NCBI GenBank assembly: GCA_029219885.1
Contig: JAQXUH010000054.1
Coordinates: forward strand, 12,906-76,905
From: Eubacteriales bacterium
Lineage (GTDB): Bacteria > Bacillota > Clostridia > Oscillospirales > Acutalibacteraceae
Reading direction: 5' to 3'
Length of the DNA: 64,000 nucleotides
Shown here: positions 44,845 through 55,200 of the stretch, one piece after another
Numbering within the stretch: the stretch's first letter is position 1
Layout: every line of letters begins with the position of its first letter
Position numbers and translations under genes: made by a program
Notes under the pieces: generated by a model
Databases searched by the model: none
The model's input: only the letters and a program-made list of their open reading frames with translations
Told to the model about the DNA's origin: nothing

Positions 44845-44873
44845 ATTATATGATATTGGTTAAGGAATTTCAA
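44845..44873 (-). promoter_or_regulatory. sigma-A-type promoter of uvrB
   Basis: TTGAAA-17-TATAAT. Confidence 0.55.
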
Positions 44874-44953
44874 GTGGTAATATATATTTGTATGTCGTTT
44901 TAAGAAAATCAGCCAAAATCAGAGAAAAAATAATTACAATAATGTAACCTTTC

Positions 44954-44982
44954 TTGTTAAATAAGTCGCATTGTGTTAGAAT
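44954..44982 (+). promoter_or_regulatory. sigma-A-type promoter of upp-uraA
   Basis: TTGTTA-17-TAGAAT with TG extension. Confidence 0.55.
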
Positions 44983-45017
44983 AGCAAAAATAAAAAAATT
45001 TCTTGGAGGATATAATT

Positions 45018-45650
45018 ATGTCAAGAAAAGTAGTAATTATGGACCATCCGCTTATTCAGCATAAGCTGAGTATTCTTCGTGACACTGAAACAAGCACAAA
45101 AGAGTTTCGTGACCTTGTAAACGAGATTGCAATGCTTATGGTGTACGACGCTACAAGAGACTTACCTCTTGCTGACAAGCAGGTAACTACTCCTTGCGGT
45201 GTTGCTGACTGCAAGGTTATAGCAGGAAGAAAGCTTGCTTTCGTACCTATTCTCAGAGCAGGTCTCGGAATGGTAGAGGGTGCTCTTGAGCTTGTACCAG
45301 CTGCAAGAGTAGGTCATATCGGTCTTTACAGAGATGAGGAAACTCTCCAGCCTGTTGAGTATTACTGCAAGCTGCCTAAGGATATTGAGGAGAGAGACGT
45401 ATTTGTTCTCGACCCGATGCTTGCAACGGGCGGTTCTGCAATTGACGCTATCTCACAGATTAAGCTCAGAAAGCCTCGTTCAATTAAATTTCTTTGCATT
45501 ATTGCAGCACCTGAGGGACTTGAGGCACTTAAAGAGGCTCATCCTGATGTTGATATTTTCTGTGCAGGAATGGACAAGCACCTTAACGAGAACGGATATA
45601 TTGTTCCCGGTTTAGGTGACGCAGGCGACAGAATTTTCGGCACTAAATAA
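45018..45650 (+). CDS. upp: Uracil phosphoribosyltransferase
   Basis: [27 protein letters not shown]. Confidence 0.97.
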   Translation: MSRKVVIMDHPLIQHKLSILRDTETSTKEFRDLVNEIAMLMVYDATRDLPLADKQVTTPCGVADCKVIAGRKLAFVPILRAGLGMVEGALELVPAARVGHIGLYRDEETLQPVEYYCKLPKDIEERDVFVLDPMLATGGSAIDAISQIKLRKPRSIKFLCIIAAPEGLEALKEAHPDVDIFCAGMDKHLNENGYIVPGLGDAGDRIFGTK

Positions 45651-45695
45651 TGTAAATAATTTATAAAATTATATATTCAAGAAAGAGGTTAAACT

Positions 45696-47060
45696 ATGGC
45701 TAAAAGCAAAAAAGAAAAAATTGTTGTAGGCACCGATGGTATCTATGACGCAAGGCAGCTTGGAACAGGTAAAATGATTGTTCTCGGATTTCAGCATATG
45801 TTTGCAATGTTCGGTGCAACTGTTACAGTTCCGCTTTTAACAGGACTTGACATTTCAACAACACTTCTTATGGCAGGTCTCGGAACACTCCTTTTCCACG
45901 TATTCACAAAATTCAAGGTACCTGCATTCTTAGGTTCTTCATTTGCATTCCTTGGCGGTTATGCTGCTATCGCACCAATGCTTGACGGCAATACTCCGAA
46001 CAAAGAAATGCTCCCATATGCCTGTTTAGGTGTAGCCTGTGCAGGACTTCTCTATCTTGTTCTTGCTGCACTTATTAAGATTATCGGCATTAACAAGGTA
46101 ATGAAGCTTTTCCCACCTGTAGTTACAGGTCCTATCATTATCGCTATCGGTCTTGGTCTTGCACCGTCAGCAGTTTCTAACTGTTCAAACAACTGGTGGC
46201 TTGCAATTATTGCACTTGCACTTGTAATTATATTCAACATTTTCGGTAAGGGTATGGCAAAAATCATTCCTATCCTTCTTGGTATTATCGGCTCATACGC
46301 TGTCGCTGTAATCGTTGGTAATGTTTGCGGAGTTGAGAGCTTTGCAGTTGACTTCACAGGCGTTAAAGAGGCCGCTTGGATTGGTTTCCCAATTGAGTGG
46401 AGCTCAACAGTATTCGGTGGTGTACACGACGCATCTAAGGCTGTTACAGCTATTATTGCTATTATGCCTATCGCACTTGCTACTATGATGGAGCATATCG
46501 GTGATATCTCTGCTATCAGTGCAACCTGCGGTAAGAATTACATCAACGACCCTGGTCTTCATCGTTCACTTGCAGGTGACGGCTGTGCAACAATTCTTGC
46601 TTCACTTTTCGGCGGTCCTGCTAACACAACATACGGCGAAAACACAGGTGTGCTTGCTCTTTCAAAGGTTTATGACCCAAGAGTAATCAGAATTGCTGCT
46701 TACTTTGCAATTCTCTTCTCATTCTGTCCTAAGTTTGCAGCAGTTATCGAGTCAATTCCTGTTGCTATTGTAGGCGGTATTTCATTCGTACTTTACGGTA
46801 TGATTTCTTCAGTGGGCGTGAGAAACGTTGTAGAGGCTAAGGTTGACTTCTCAAAGTCACGTAACACTATTATCGCTGCTGTTATTCTTGTATGTGCTCT
46901 CGGTCTCGGTAGCGGTATTACATTCGCAATCGGTCAGTTCAACATTACACTTTCAGCTCTTGCTGTTGCAGCTCTTGCAGGTATTATCCTCAATGCAATT
47001 TTCCCGGGCAAGGACTACGATTTTGAAAAGGCTGAAAAAGAAAAGGCTGAACAGAAGTAA
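45696..47060 (+). CDS. uraA: Uracil permease (NCS2/NAT family)
   Basis: QHMFAMFGA, FLGSSFAF, EHIGD, TTYGEN. Confidence 0.92.
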   Translation: MAKSKKEKIVVGTDGIYDARQLGTGKMIVLGFQHMFAMFGATVTVPLLTGLDISTTLLMAGLGTLLFHVFTKFKVPAFLGSSFAFLGGYAAIAPMLDGNTPNKEMLPYACLGVACAGLLYLVLAALIKIIGINKVMKLFPPVVTGPIIIAIGLGLAPSAVSNCSNNWWLAIIALALVIIFNIFGKGMAKIIPILLGIIGSYAVAVIVGNVCGVESFAVDFTGVKEAAWIGFPIEWSSTVFGGVHDASKAVTAIIAIMPIALATMMEHIGDISAISATCGKNYINDPGLHRSLAGDGCATILASLFGGPANTTYGENTGVLALSKVYDPRVIRIAAYFAILFSFCPKFAAVIESIPVAIVGGISFVLYGMISSVGVRNVVEAKVDFSKSRNTIIAAVILVCALGLGSGITFAIGQFNITLSALAVAALAGIILNAIFPGKDYDFEKAEKEKAEQK

Positions 47061-47086
47061 TTTTGCACAACAAAATATTTGCTTTT

Positions 47087-47116
47087 TAAGGAACGGATTT
47101 ATGTCCGTTCCTTTTT
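47087..47116 (+). terminator. Intrinsic terminator after uraA
   Basis: AAGGAACGGA-TTTATG-TCCGTTCCTT followed by T run. Confidence 0.85.
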
Positions 47117-47252
47117 CTTTACAACAAACGGAAAATATTATAAAATTTATTAGAAGTTTTTGCGACATATTTTTCATTTTCGCTGACTACCATATGAAAG
47201 ATAAATTTATCTTCGCAATACAGTTATATACTGTATGTGGAAGGAGGAACGT

Positions 47253-47810
47253 ATGGCAAAAGTGAATAAAGCTCAGGCAGATGAGGCTGTAAAGCAGGCG
47301 TACAGGGACTATAACAATCTGCTGATAAAATATTGCAGGATTCGTTTGAAGGATGTTCCGGATGCAATTGATGACTGTTTGCAGAATACATATCTTGCAT
47401 ATTACAAGCGTCTTTTGAGCGGTGAGGAAATTAAAAATACGAAAGCCTTTCTTTACCGAGTGGCAGACAATATGGTAAAGCGTACTGTTGCCGATTACAG
47501 CAAAAATGCAAAGCGTCATACAGATTTAGATAACGCAAAAGAACTATCGGCACAAATTGATTTTGACAGCTTTTCAAATTCGGAAATTGACTATGACATA
47601 CTAAAAGAAAGGCTGATAAATAGACTTAATAATGACGAACAGTTCTTGTACCGAATGAAATACGAAGAACGAAAAAGTCTTAAGGAAATCGGCGAAACAC
47701 TTAACATTCCGCCGTCTGCCGTAGCGAACAGGACATCACGGCTAAGGACAAAAATCAAGCGTCTTATAAGCGAAACGATAGAAGAAATCGAAGGAGGGAG
47801 ATTATCTTGA
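47253..47810 (+). CDS. ECF-type RNA polymerase sigma factor
   Basis: AGGAGG SD; region 2-like IDDCLQNTY and AFLYRVA; region 4 SLKEIGETLNI..AVANRTSR. Confidence 0.85.
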   Translation: MAKVNKAQADEAVKQAYRDYNNLLIKYCRIRLKDVPDAIDDCLQNTYLAYYKRLLSGEEIKNTKAFLYRVADNMVKRTVADYSKNAKRHTDLDNAKELSAQIDFDSFSNSEIDYDILKERLINRLNNDEQFLYRMKYEERKSLKEIGETLNIPPSAVANRTSRLRTKIKRLISETIEEIEGGRLS

Positions 47811-48460
47811 ATATTACGGTTAGTAAGGAAATAATTGATTACGTATGCAATGATGATTTATTTTCAGCTGAGCTTGAGAAATATTTAAACGCAGTTATTG
47901 ACGAAGAAATTGACAAAGGCGACGATATGGATACAGACCTGATAGATGACTGCGTCAATATACTTGACGAGCTTGAAAACGGCGGTATCTCCTCTGCTGT
48001 TCAATTCATCACAAATGAAAACAAAGTAATTCGTTTCTGCCGTAAAGGCACATCAAGCACAAGAATCAGGTTTCAAAGAGCGGTTGCGGCAATTGCAATT
48101 CTCGCTGTAGGTTCTGCTGCGTTATATAACGCAAGCCCTGCACTTGCACAGCAGGCAAAGGACTTTTTCTCTTATGTTGCAGAGGCACTCGGAATTGCGG
48201 CGGACCGCACAGAAAATGAAAATTCACAAATTAAATCACTTTACGGCGAGCTTTCAGACGATATTGATTTAACAGTAAGGAACGAAAACGATATTGATTT
48301 AAGCAAAATAAATGTAATTGCAGTTTATGATGACGGCTCTCAAAAGGAAATACCAATCAAAAACTGTGAAATCACAACAACTCAGGAAAGCGAAAAGGTC
48401 ATTTTGATAATTTCATATGACGGCTGTGCTTTTAGTATTGCATTTGAAATTAGGGGGTAA
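47807..48460 (+). CDS. Putative single-pass anti-sigma factor with Ig-like extracellular domain
   Basis: Overlaps the sigma stop; acidic N-terminus, one TM, DLSKINVIAVYDDGS. Confidence 0.6.
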   Translation: MNITVSKEIIDYVCNDDLFSAELEKYLNAVIDEEIDKGDDMDTDLIDDCVNILDELENGGISSAVQFITNENKVIRFCRKGTSSTRIRFQRAVAAIAILAVGSAALYNASPALAQQAKDFFSYVAEALGIAADRTENENSQIKSLYGELSDDIDLTVRNENDIDLSKINVIAVYDDGSQKEIPIKNCEITTTQESEKVILIISYDGCAFSIAFEIRG

Positions 48461-48464
48461 AATT

Positions 48465-51400
48465 ATGAAAGCGAAAAGAATAATAAGCTTTTATCTTGCT
48501 TTGATAATGTTAATTATTTCTATTCCTTTTACTGCGTTGGCAGTTGAAGATAACGATACTGATACAGATAATTTTGATTATCAAATTATAACAGCAGGAG
48601 AAAACAATCCTTGCATTGAAATTGTCGGCTACAAAGGCACTTCACATTCAATTACACTTCCTGCTGAAATAAACGGAATGAAAGCGGTAGGAGTTAATTA
48701 CGACTTTTCTTCAAATACAGATGTAAATTTAACCGATATAGTTGTACCTGAGGGCTACGAATACATTTCAGGTATGAGTTATTTTAAAAACCTAAGCATA
48801 TCGTTACCGACAACAATTAAGTTAATAGATGCTGATGCGTTTTATAACACAATAATTGAGAAAATCAATTTTCCTGACAATATTGTCGGAATAGGAAACA
48901 ACGCATTTAACGGCACAAGGTTTGCAGACACCGACATTGTTCTGCCTGACAGCTTGGAATATATTGATAACGGAGCGTTCAGCCGTTCAAATATCACCTC
49001 AATAAACATCGGCAAAAACGCTTCTCCGGGATATATAGGCGAATATGAATACGGAGTAGATATTTTCGGATACAGAACTGACGATTTGAGCTTTATTCAG
49101 TCTTTCATAGAAAGATGTGAAAGCTTAACCTCAATTACTGTAGATTCACAAAACCCATATATTACAGCCGATAATAATGTTTTGTATTCAAAGGATAAAA
49201 GTGTTGTTTACGGATATCCTGCCAGCTTGAAAAAATGCAACTTCACAATACCAAACGAAGTTACAGATATTGCAGGCAGTGCCTTTTCAGGTGCAAATTT
49301 TAACACCTTAACCATATCAAACAGCATTTTATATTTTCACGAAAATTCATTTAGGTATATTACTGCTGACAGCATAAGCTTTGAGCCTGACTCAAAGCTG
49401 AAAAAAATCGGCACAAGTGCTTTTTATCACGCAAAAATCACTTCTTCTTTGGTAATTCCCAAGTCGGTTGAGAAAATCTGCAATCAGTCCTTCGGCTCGA
49501 GTGACATTACGCAAGTAAGCTTTGAAAATGGTTCAAAATGCACAGAAATCGAAAAGAATGCATTTATTTCTTCAAGTGTTACAAAAATAAGTATTCCTTC
49601 TTCAGTCAATAAAATTTCTGATGAGAATAATTATTCCGGCGTTTTTAAAAACTGTGAAAAGCTAACTGATGTAATATTTGAAGAAAACTCACAGCTTACT
49701 ATTTGGGGAAAAGAGCTTTTTGAAAACTGCACATCTTTAAAAAATATTGTGATAAACAAAAACAGCATACTCTATTCCATATACTGCACTCTTGACGATA
49801 TTGCAGTTAAAGATTTAGATTTTTCAAACTGCCGTGCATTATCAAGCATTCCTATAAGGTGCTTTGAAAATAACAATAATTTAGAGAGTATTAATTTAAG
49901 CAACACAAACCTATACGAAATAAATTCCAAAACATTTTATAATAACACAAATCTTAAAAAGGTTGTTCTTCCCGAATGTCTTTATTCTATTGACAGCAAC
50001 GCTTTCAGCTCCTGTATAAATCTTAATGACATAAACACAGATAATGTAATAAGCATTTATTCTAATGTGTTTTCAAATTGCGGTATGCTTGACGAAAACA
50101 CAACAGCATCAAAGGTCATTAAAGATAACGGAGAATTCTATTACTATGAGTGCGAAAACGGAATAACCATAAGCCGACCAATTAGTGAAAACATATCATC
50201 AAATATTGAATTTCCAAGTGAAATAGGCGGAAAGCCTGTTACAAGAATTGATGAAAATGCTTTTTCAAATATCACAGCAGACAGCATTACAATTCCTGAA
50301 ACAGTAACTTCAATCTGTGAAAACGCTTTCTCCGGTGCAGTTATAAACAACGGCATAAATCTGCCTGAAAGTGTTTCTTTTATAGGAAGTAACGCTTTTA
50401 GAAATTATCAAAGCACAGATGTTAACGTTAACACAAGCTTTTCAATTCCGCAAAATGTAAATGTGATAAATTCTTACACATTTTTCGGCAGCGGTATTGA
50501 CGAAGTCAAAATTAATAACGGCGTATTATTTATCGGAGATTTTGCATTTAACGCAACTGAAATTGAGGACTTCAATATTCCTGATACGGTAGCTCATATA
50601 AACAGATTTGCATTGAACACAGAAAAGCTAAACACAATAAGCTTTGGTGCTGAAATGGGAAATATTAAAGATTTTATTAAGGATAGCTTTAATAACCCTG
50701 ATTTCTCTTTCGGAACAAGTAGAGATGAAATTTACAAAACAAGAGCATATCCAACCGCATATAATATTTCCGAGGAAAATCCGTATTATAAATCAGCTGA
50801 TGGTGTAGTATACAGCAAAGAAACTGATAAATTAATTTCGTTTCCATGCGGTAAAGATTATAGCGAAGCCGAAATTCCGACAAGTGTCAAAACTATTGAA
50901 AGCTATGCGTTCTCAAATTTAAACAATACAGAGAGCATTTCTCTTCCGAACAGCATAACTGCACTTGAGCCATACGCATTTGCAAACACAATATCGCTGA
51001 AATACATTTTTATACCTAACAGCATTACGGAATTTGTATCCGACAATTATAACGGCGACCAAACATTCATAAACGGAAAATCATTGGAAACAGTAATTTT
51101 TGATAACAATATCAGTTTGCCGAATTTGAACAATACATTTAAAGACTGTAAGGCACTTAAAAATGTTATATTCGGTGACGGAAGCTCGGTTGATATGCTT
51201 CTTTACACTTTCTATAATTCAGGAATTGAGTCAATAGATTTAAACTGTACCTCAAAATATTTGGAAGCAACATTTGCAAATACTCCCCTTGAAGATATAA
51301 CACTTCACAAGGGAATTGAAACCATAGAACTGATGACATTTTACAACACAGCACTCAAGGAAATTATGCTTCCAAGTACGGTGAATTACATTGGCGGAAG

Positions 51401-52568
51401 AGCTTTTGAGGGATGTGAAAATTTAAACTTTGTCAATCTTTCAAACGTTAAAGGCATAGATTATGCAGCATTTAAAAACTGCATCAGTCTTGAAAGCATC
51501 GACCTTACAGGCGTATATTACTTATATAGTGGTATTGCCGAGGATGCTCCATTCTACGGCTGTAAAAATTTGAAGAAATTCTATTTTACCGCTGAGGAAA
51601 AGGACGCTTATATTGCTGAAAACGAATTTCAGGGCTATGATAATCTTGAAACTGTTGTTATCGGAAACAGCGTTACGGAAATTCAAGATTACGCTTTTGC
51701 CGACTGCTCAAATCTTGAAACTGCTTTGATTGCTGATTCTGTAACTTCAATTTCAGATACTGCATTTGAGGGTTGTGACAATCTTACTATTGTATGTATG
51801 AATTCTTCATTTGCAAGTTTGTATGCGAAAAAGAATAATATTTCGGTATCAACGCTTATTGTTGCCCCTATTGCCGACCAGGAGTACACAGGAAAGCCAA
51901 TAACTCCTCCGCTGACTGTCACTCAAGGAAACAACAAGCTGACTGCCGATAAAGATTACAAGGCAACATACAGCGACAACATCAATGTAGGCACGGCAAA
52001 AGCAACAGTTATAGGCTTAGGCGATTACAGCATTTTCGGTACTGTCAGCAGATTTAATATCGTAAAAACTAAAACTGATACTCCGACCGAAAAGCCTGCA
52101 ACTACTGTTAAACCGACAACAACAGTTAAACAGACCGCTACTGCTACGCCGACAGCCTCTGTTACAACCACAACGGCAAAAGCAAGTTCGTCTTCAAGCA
52201 GTAACACCGCACAAAAGACTACCGCAAAAAAATCTACTACAGCAAAAAAGACTCCTGTTAAAAAGCCTAAATCAACAAAAATCAGCAAGCTAACTAAAGG
52301 CAAAAAGCAGTTTAAGGTGGTATGGAAAAAGATTTCGGGCGTCAGCGGTTATCAAATTCAGTACAGCACATCAAAGAAATTTACAAAGGAAACTACTAAA
52401 TCTGTAACCATTAAAGGCTCAAAATCTACAAGCAAAACCATTAAAAAGCTGAAATCAAAAAAGGCATATTATGTACGTGTACGCACATATAAAACTGTTA
52501 AGGTCAACGGAAAAGCCACTAAAGTATATTCCTCTTGGAGTTCGGCTAAATCAGTAAAAACCAAGTAA
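48465..52568 (+). CDS. Large BspA-type LRR surface protein with Thr-rich stalk and Lys-rich FN3-like tail
   Basis: Signal peptide, many LRR_5 repeats, DNVLYSKD/DGVVYSKE, YTGKPITP..NINVGTA, YYVRVRTY. Confidence 0.9.
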   Translation: MKAKRIISFYLALIMLIISIPFTALAVEDNDTDTDNFDYQIITAGENNPCIEIVGYKGTSHSITLPAEINGMKAVGVNYDFSSNTDVNLTDIVVPEGYEYISGMSYFKNLSISLPTTIKLIDADAFYNTIIEKINFPDNIVGIGNNAFNGTRFADTDIVLPDSLEYIDNGAFSRSNITSINIGKNASPGYIGEYEYGVDIFGYRTDDLSFIQSFIERCESLTSITVDSQNPYITADNNVLYSKDKSVVYGYPASLKKCNFTIPNEVTDIAGSAFSGANFNTLTISNSILYFHENSFRYITADSISFEPDSKLKKIGTSAFYHAKITSSLVIPKSVEKICNQSFGSSDITQVSFENGSKCTEIEKNAFISSSVTKISIPSSVNKISDENNYSGVFKNCEKLTDVIFEENSQLTIWGKELFENCTSLKNIVINKNSILYSIYCTLDDIAVKDLDFSNCRALSSIPIRCFENNNNLESINLSNTNLYEINSKTFYNNTNLKKVVLPECLYSIDSNAFSSCINLNDINTDNVISIYSNVFSNCGMLDENTTASKVIKDNGEFYYYECENGITISRPISENISSNIEFPSEIGGKPVTRIDENAFSNITADSITIPETVTSICENAFSGAVINNGINLPESVSFIGSNAFRNYQSTDVNVNTSFSIPQNVNVINSYTFFGSGIDEVKINNGVLFIGDFAFNATEIEDFNIPDTVAHINRFALNTEKLNTISFGAEMGNIKDFIKDSFNNPDFSFGTSRDEIYKTRAYPTAYNISEENPYYKSADGVVYSKETDKLISFPCGKDYSEAEIPTSVKTIESYAFSNLNNTESISLPNSITALEPYAFANTISLKYIFIPNSITEFVSDNYNGDQTFINGKSLETVIFDNNISLPNLNNTFKDCKALKNVIFGDGSSVDMLLYTFYNSGIESIDLNCTSKYLEATFANTPLEDITLHKGIETIELMTFYNTALKEIMLPSTVNYIGGRAFEGCENLNFVNLSNVKGIDYAAFKNCISLESIDLTGVYYLYSGIAEDAPFYGCKNLKKFYFTAEEKDAYIAENEFQGYDNLETVVIGNSVTEIQDYAFADCSNLETALIADSVTSISDTAFEGCDNLTIVCMNSSFASLYAKKNNISVSTLIVAPIADQEYTGKPITPPLTVTQGNNKLTADKDYKATYSDNINVGTAKATVIGLGDYSIFGTVSRFNIVKTKTDTPTEKPATTVKPTTTVKQTATATPTASVTTTTAKASSSSSSNTAQKTTAKKSTTAKKTPVKKPKSTKISKLTKGKKQFKVVWKKISGVSGYQIQYSTSKKFTKETTKSVTIKGSKSTSKTIKKLKSKKAYYVRVRTYKTVKVNGKATKVYSSWSSAKSVKTK

Positions 52569-52569
52569 C

Positions 52570-52642
52570 AAAAAAGACTGTCTGATTAGTAATCAGGCAG
52601 TTTTTTGCATAAAAAAGCAGGTACACAATAAATGTACCTGCA
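52570..52642. terminator. Two back-to-back terminators for convergent transcripts
   Basis: GACTGTCTGATT/AATCAGGCAGTT and GCAGGTACA/TGTACCTGC stems. Confidence 0.75.
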
Positions 52643-52646
52643 AAAG

Positions 52647-53339
52647 CTATTTCATTCTTATAAGGTCGGAATCTTTTGAGAACGAGAAGCAGTCGTCGCT
52701 GCCGACAATGATATGGTCAATCATATTAACGCCTAATTTCTCAGCGGAGAATTTAATATTTTGGGTGAAATCAATATCGGAAAGTGACGGCTCGGAATTG
52801 CCGTTAGGGTGATTGTGGGCAAGGATAAAACCTGCGGCATTGTCGAGAACGATATAATTAATCAGCGTTCTGAGTGAAATTTTAATCTCGGACACAGAAC
52901 CGCCGTTGTCCAACACGTGGCAATTGATTATAGCTCCTTTATTTGTCAACGTGATTAGTGCACACTTTTCAACATTTTCGTTTGAAAGAAGATTACAGCA
53001 GTATTCCATTGCAACTTTTGATGAGTTAATAACAGTGGTGTTTTCGTTTCTATTCCTTATTACTCTGTTATTGATTGTTTTGATAAGTGAAATTGCAACT
53101 GCACAACACTCACCTACACCGTTTACTTTCATTAGCTCCTCAGGTCTTGCATTAATAACATTCTCCAAAGAGCCGAAAGTATTTATCAAGTCGTAAGCAA
53201 GCGGTTTAACATCCTTTTGGGGAATAACAAGTGACAGGTATAATTCAAGAAGATTATGGTCAGGAGCATTTTGCATACCGCCTGACAAATATAAATCTCT
53301 CATTCTCTGCCTGTGGCCGTACCTGCTAAGTTCAGCCAT
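52647..53339 (-). CDS. radC: RadC family JAB-domain protein
   Basis: GHRQRMR, HhH VNGVG, AHNHPNG..PSLSD, DHII; start MAELS after AGGAG. Confidence 0.9.
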   Translation of the reverse strand: MAELSRYGHRQRMRDLYLSGGMQNAPDHNLLELYLSLVIPQKDVKPLAYDLINTFGSLENVINARPEELMKVNGVGECCAVAISLIKTINNRVIRNRNENTTVINSSKVAMEYCCNLLSNENVEKCALITLTNKGAIINCHVLDNGGSVSEIKISLRTLINYIVLDNAAGFILAHNHPNGNSEPSLSDIDFTQNIKFSAEKLGVNMIDHIIVGSDDCFSFSKDSDLIRMK

Positions 53340-53353
53340 ATAACCATCTCCTG

Positions 53354-53617
53354 TTAAATTTTGTTCCATTTTTTGTTCTCGGTATCCGGACAGCATTTAT
53401 CCTTTAAAACAGCTCTTATTTCTGCATAGCATCCGCATTTAAGGCACATACCTGAAATAAGAAACTCGCATTTTTTACAGCAGTCAAGACGCGTTGAATA
53501 GACGCTGTCATCTACTTTCAAATAATCGTCAAGATTATCTATATACGCCTTAACATTTTCAAACGCCTTTTTCTCCCCTGCTTCAAGGAGGAGACATTTT
53601 TTGCAGTTTTGTTTCAT
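53354..53617 (-). CDS. Small Cys-rich protein (DUF6171-like)
   Basis: CKKC, RLDCCKKC, CLKCGCY, CP..KW. Confidence 0.7.
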   Translation of the reverse strand: MKQNCKKCLLLEAGEKKAFENVKAYIDNLDDYLKVDDSVYSTRLDCCKKCEFLISGMCLKCGCYAEIRAVLKDKCCPDTENKKWNKI

Positions 53618-55101
53618 TATTTAATAACGAACTTAACTACACTGCAAGGCGGTAAAACTGCCGTAAAGCCATCTGCAAGCTTTGTGAAATCTTTAAATTC
53701 CTTAACAGTAACATTTTCCTTATCGTTAAAATCGTTCTTATCGTGAATGTCGCCTGTAAGAATTTCTGCAGTGATTTCGCTGACATCTGTATCTGCAATC
53801 TGGCATTTAATTTCTGCACTTTCAGTTTCGGAAACATTAGTTACAGTTGAATAAATTACGCCGTTATCGTCAATTGACGCAGACTCAATAAGCTTAGGAC
53901 AGCTCATTTTTGCAGAGTCGGACTTAATCTCGTCAGTCGTAATATATGAGCCTAAAAGAGTATTCTCCTGATGCTCCTTATACATTTTGAAAACGTGATA
54001 TGTAGGAGTAAGGAGCATTTCATCGCCGTCAGTCAATATAACTGCCTGAAGAACATTGACAGTCTGTGCAATATTAGCCATCATAATTCTGTCGGAATGT
54101 TTATTGAAAATATTGAGGGTTAAAGCGGCAACAACAGCATCTCTCATTGTGTTCTGCTGATAAAGAAATCCCGGATTTGTTCCTGGCTCAACATCATACC
54201 AAGTGCCCCACTCGTCAACAATAAGCTGTACCCACTTCTGCGGATTAATGCTATCCATTACAGCAATATGATTGTTAATGAGCTCTTCAATATGATATGC
54301 CTTGCAGACAGTTTTATAATACTCGTCAACAGTAAAATCAGTAGCAGAGCCTTTATGGTCCCAGCTGTCCCCGGGAACTGTATAGTAATGGAGAGCTATA
54401 CCCTGTGCGTGATGCTTAACCTTGTCCATTACCTCACGTGTCCAATGGTAGTCACCGCCGTTTGGACCGCAGGCAATTCGCTTAATTCTGTTATTGCTGT
54501 CATAGTCTCTGACATAAGTGTTATATCTCTTATAAAGGCAGCCGTAATACTCAGGGTCCATATTTCCGCCGCAGCCCCAAGACTCGTTGCCAACGCCGAA
54601 ATACTTGATTTTCCAAGGCTTGTCCTGACCGTTTTCTTTTCTGAGCTGTGCCATAGGAGAAATGCCGTCAAAGGTCATATATTCTACCCACTCGTTCATC
54701 TCGGCAACAGTACCAGAGCCCACATTACCATTGATATATGAGTCGCAGCCAAGCTGACGGCAAAGCTCAAAGTATTCGTGAGTGCCGAAAGAATTATCCT
54801 CAACAACACCGCCCCAATGAGTATTTACCATCTTTTTTCTATTTTCTTTAGGACCGATGCCGTCTTTCCAATGGTACTCGTCTGCAAAGCAACCGCCGGG
54901 CCACCTGAGAACAGGAAGTCCCATATCCTTAAGAGCATTTACAACATCGCATCTCATTCCGTTGATATTAGGAATTTTTGAGTTCTCGCCAACATACACA
55001 CCGTTATAGATACATCTTCCGAGATGCTCTGAAAAATGGCCGTAAATGTCCTTGCTGATTTTACTTATTTTATGATTAGGGTTGATTAAATACTTTTCCA
55101 T
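53617..55101 (-). CDS. abfA: GH51 alpha-L-arabinofuranosidase
   Basis: [25 protein letters not shown]. Confidence 0.92.
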   Translation of the reverse strand: MEKYLINPNHKISKISKDIYGHFSEHLGRCIYNGVYVGENSKIPNINGMRCDVVNALKDMGLPVLRWPGGCFADEYHWKDGIGPKENRKKMVNTHWGGVVEDNSFGTHEYFELCRQLGCDSYINGNVGSGTVAEMNEWVEYMTFDGISPMAQLRKENGQDKPWKIKYFGVGNESWGCGGNMDPEYYGCLYKRYNTYVRDYDSNNRIKRIACGPNGGDYHWTREVMDKVKHHAQGIALHYYTVPGDSWDHKGSATDFTVDEYYKTVCKAYHIEELINNHIAVMDSINPQKWVQLIVDEWGTWYDVEPGTNPGFLYQQNTMRDAVVAALTLNIFNKHSDRIMMANIAQTVNVLQAVILTDGDEMLLTPTYHVFKMYKEHQENTLLGSYITTDEIKSDSAKMSCPKLIESASIDDNGVIYSTVTNVSETESAEIKCQIADTDVSEITAEILTGDIHDKNDFNDKENVTVKEFKDFTKLADGFTAVLPPCSVVKFVIK

Positions 55102-55200
55102 AGCCTTGTCCTTAAAAAATTTTTTGATAAAAATAAGTTACCATATAGCAAGAAAATTGTCAATAATATACTTTGCCATTTTATTATTTTTTAATTTAAA

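Noticed and set aside
22617-52568. Inverted FN3-coding ends of the two LRR genes as an inversion (shufflon) substrate
   Set aside because: The DNA is diverged at synonymous sites, with no long identical stretch and no invertase nearby
52647-53339. radC as a marker of a mobile element
   Set aside because: Full-length chromosomal form with HhH region and no mobility genes nearby
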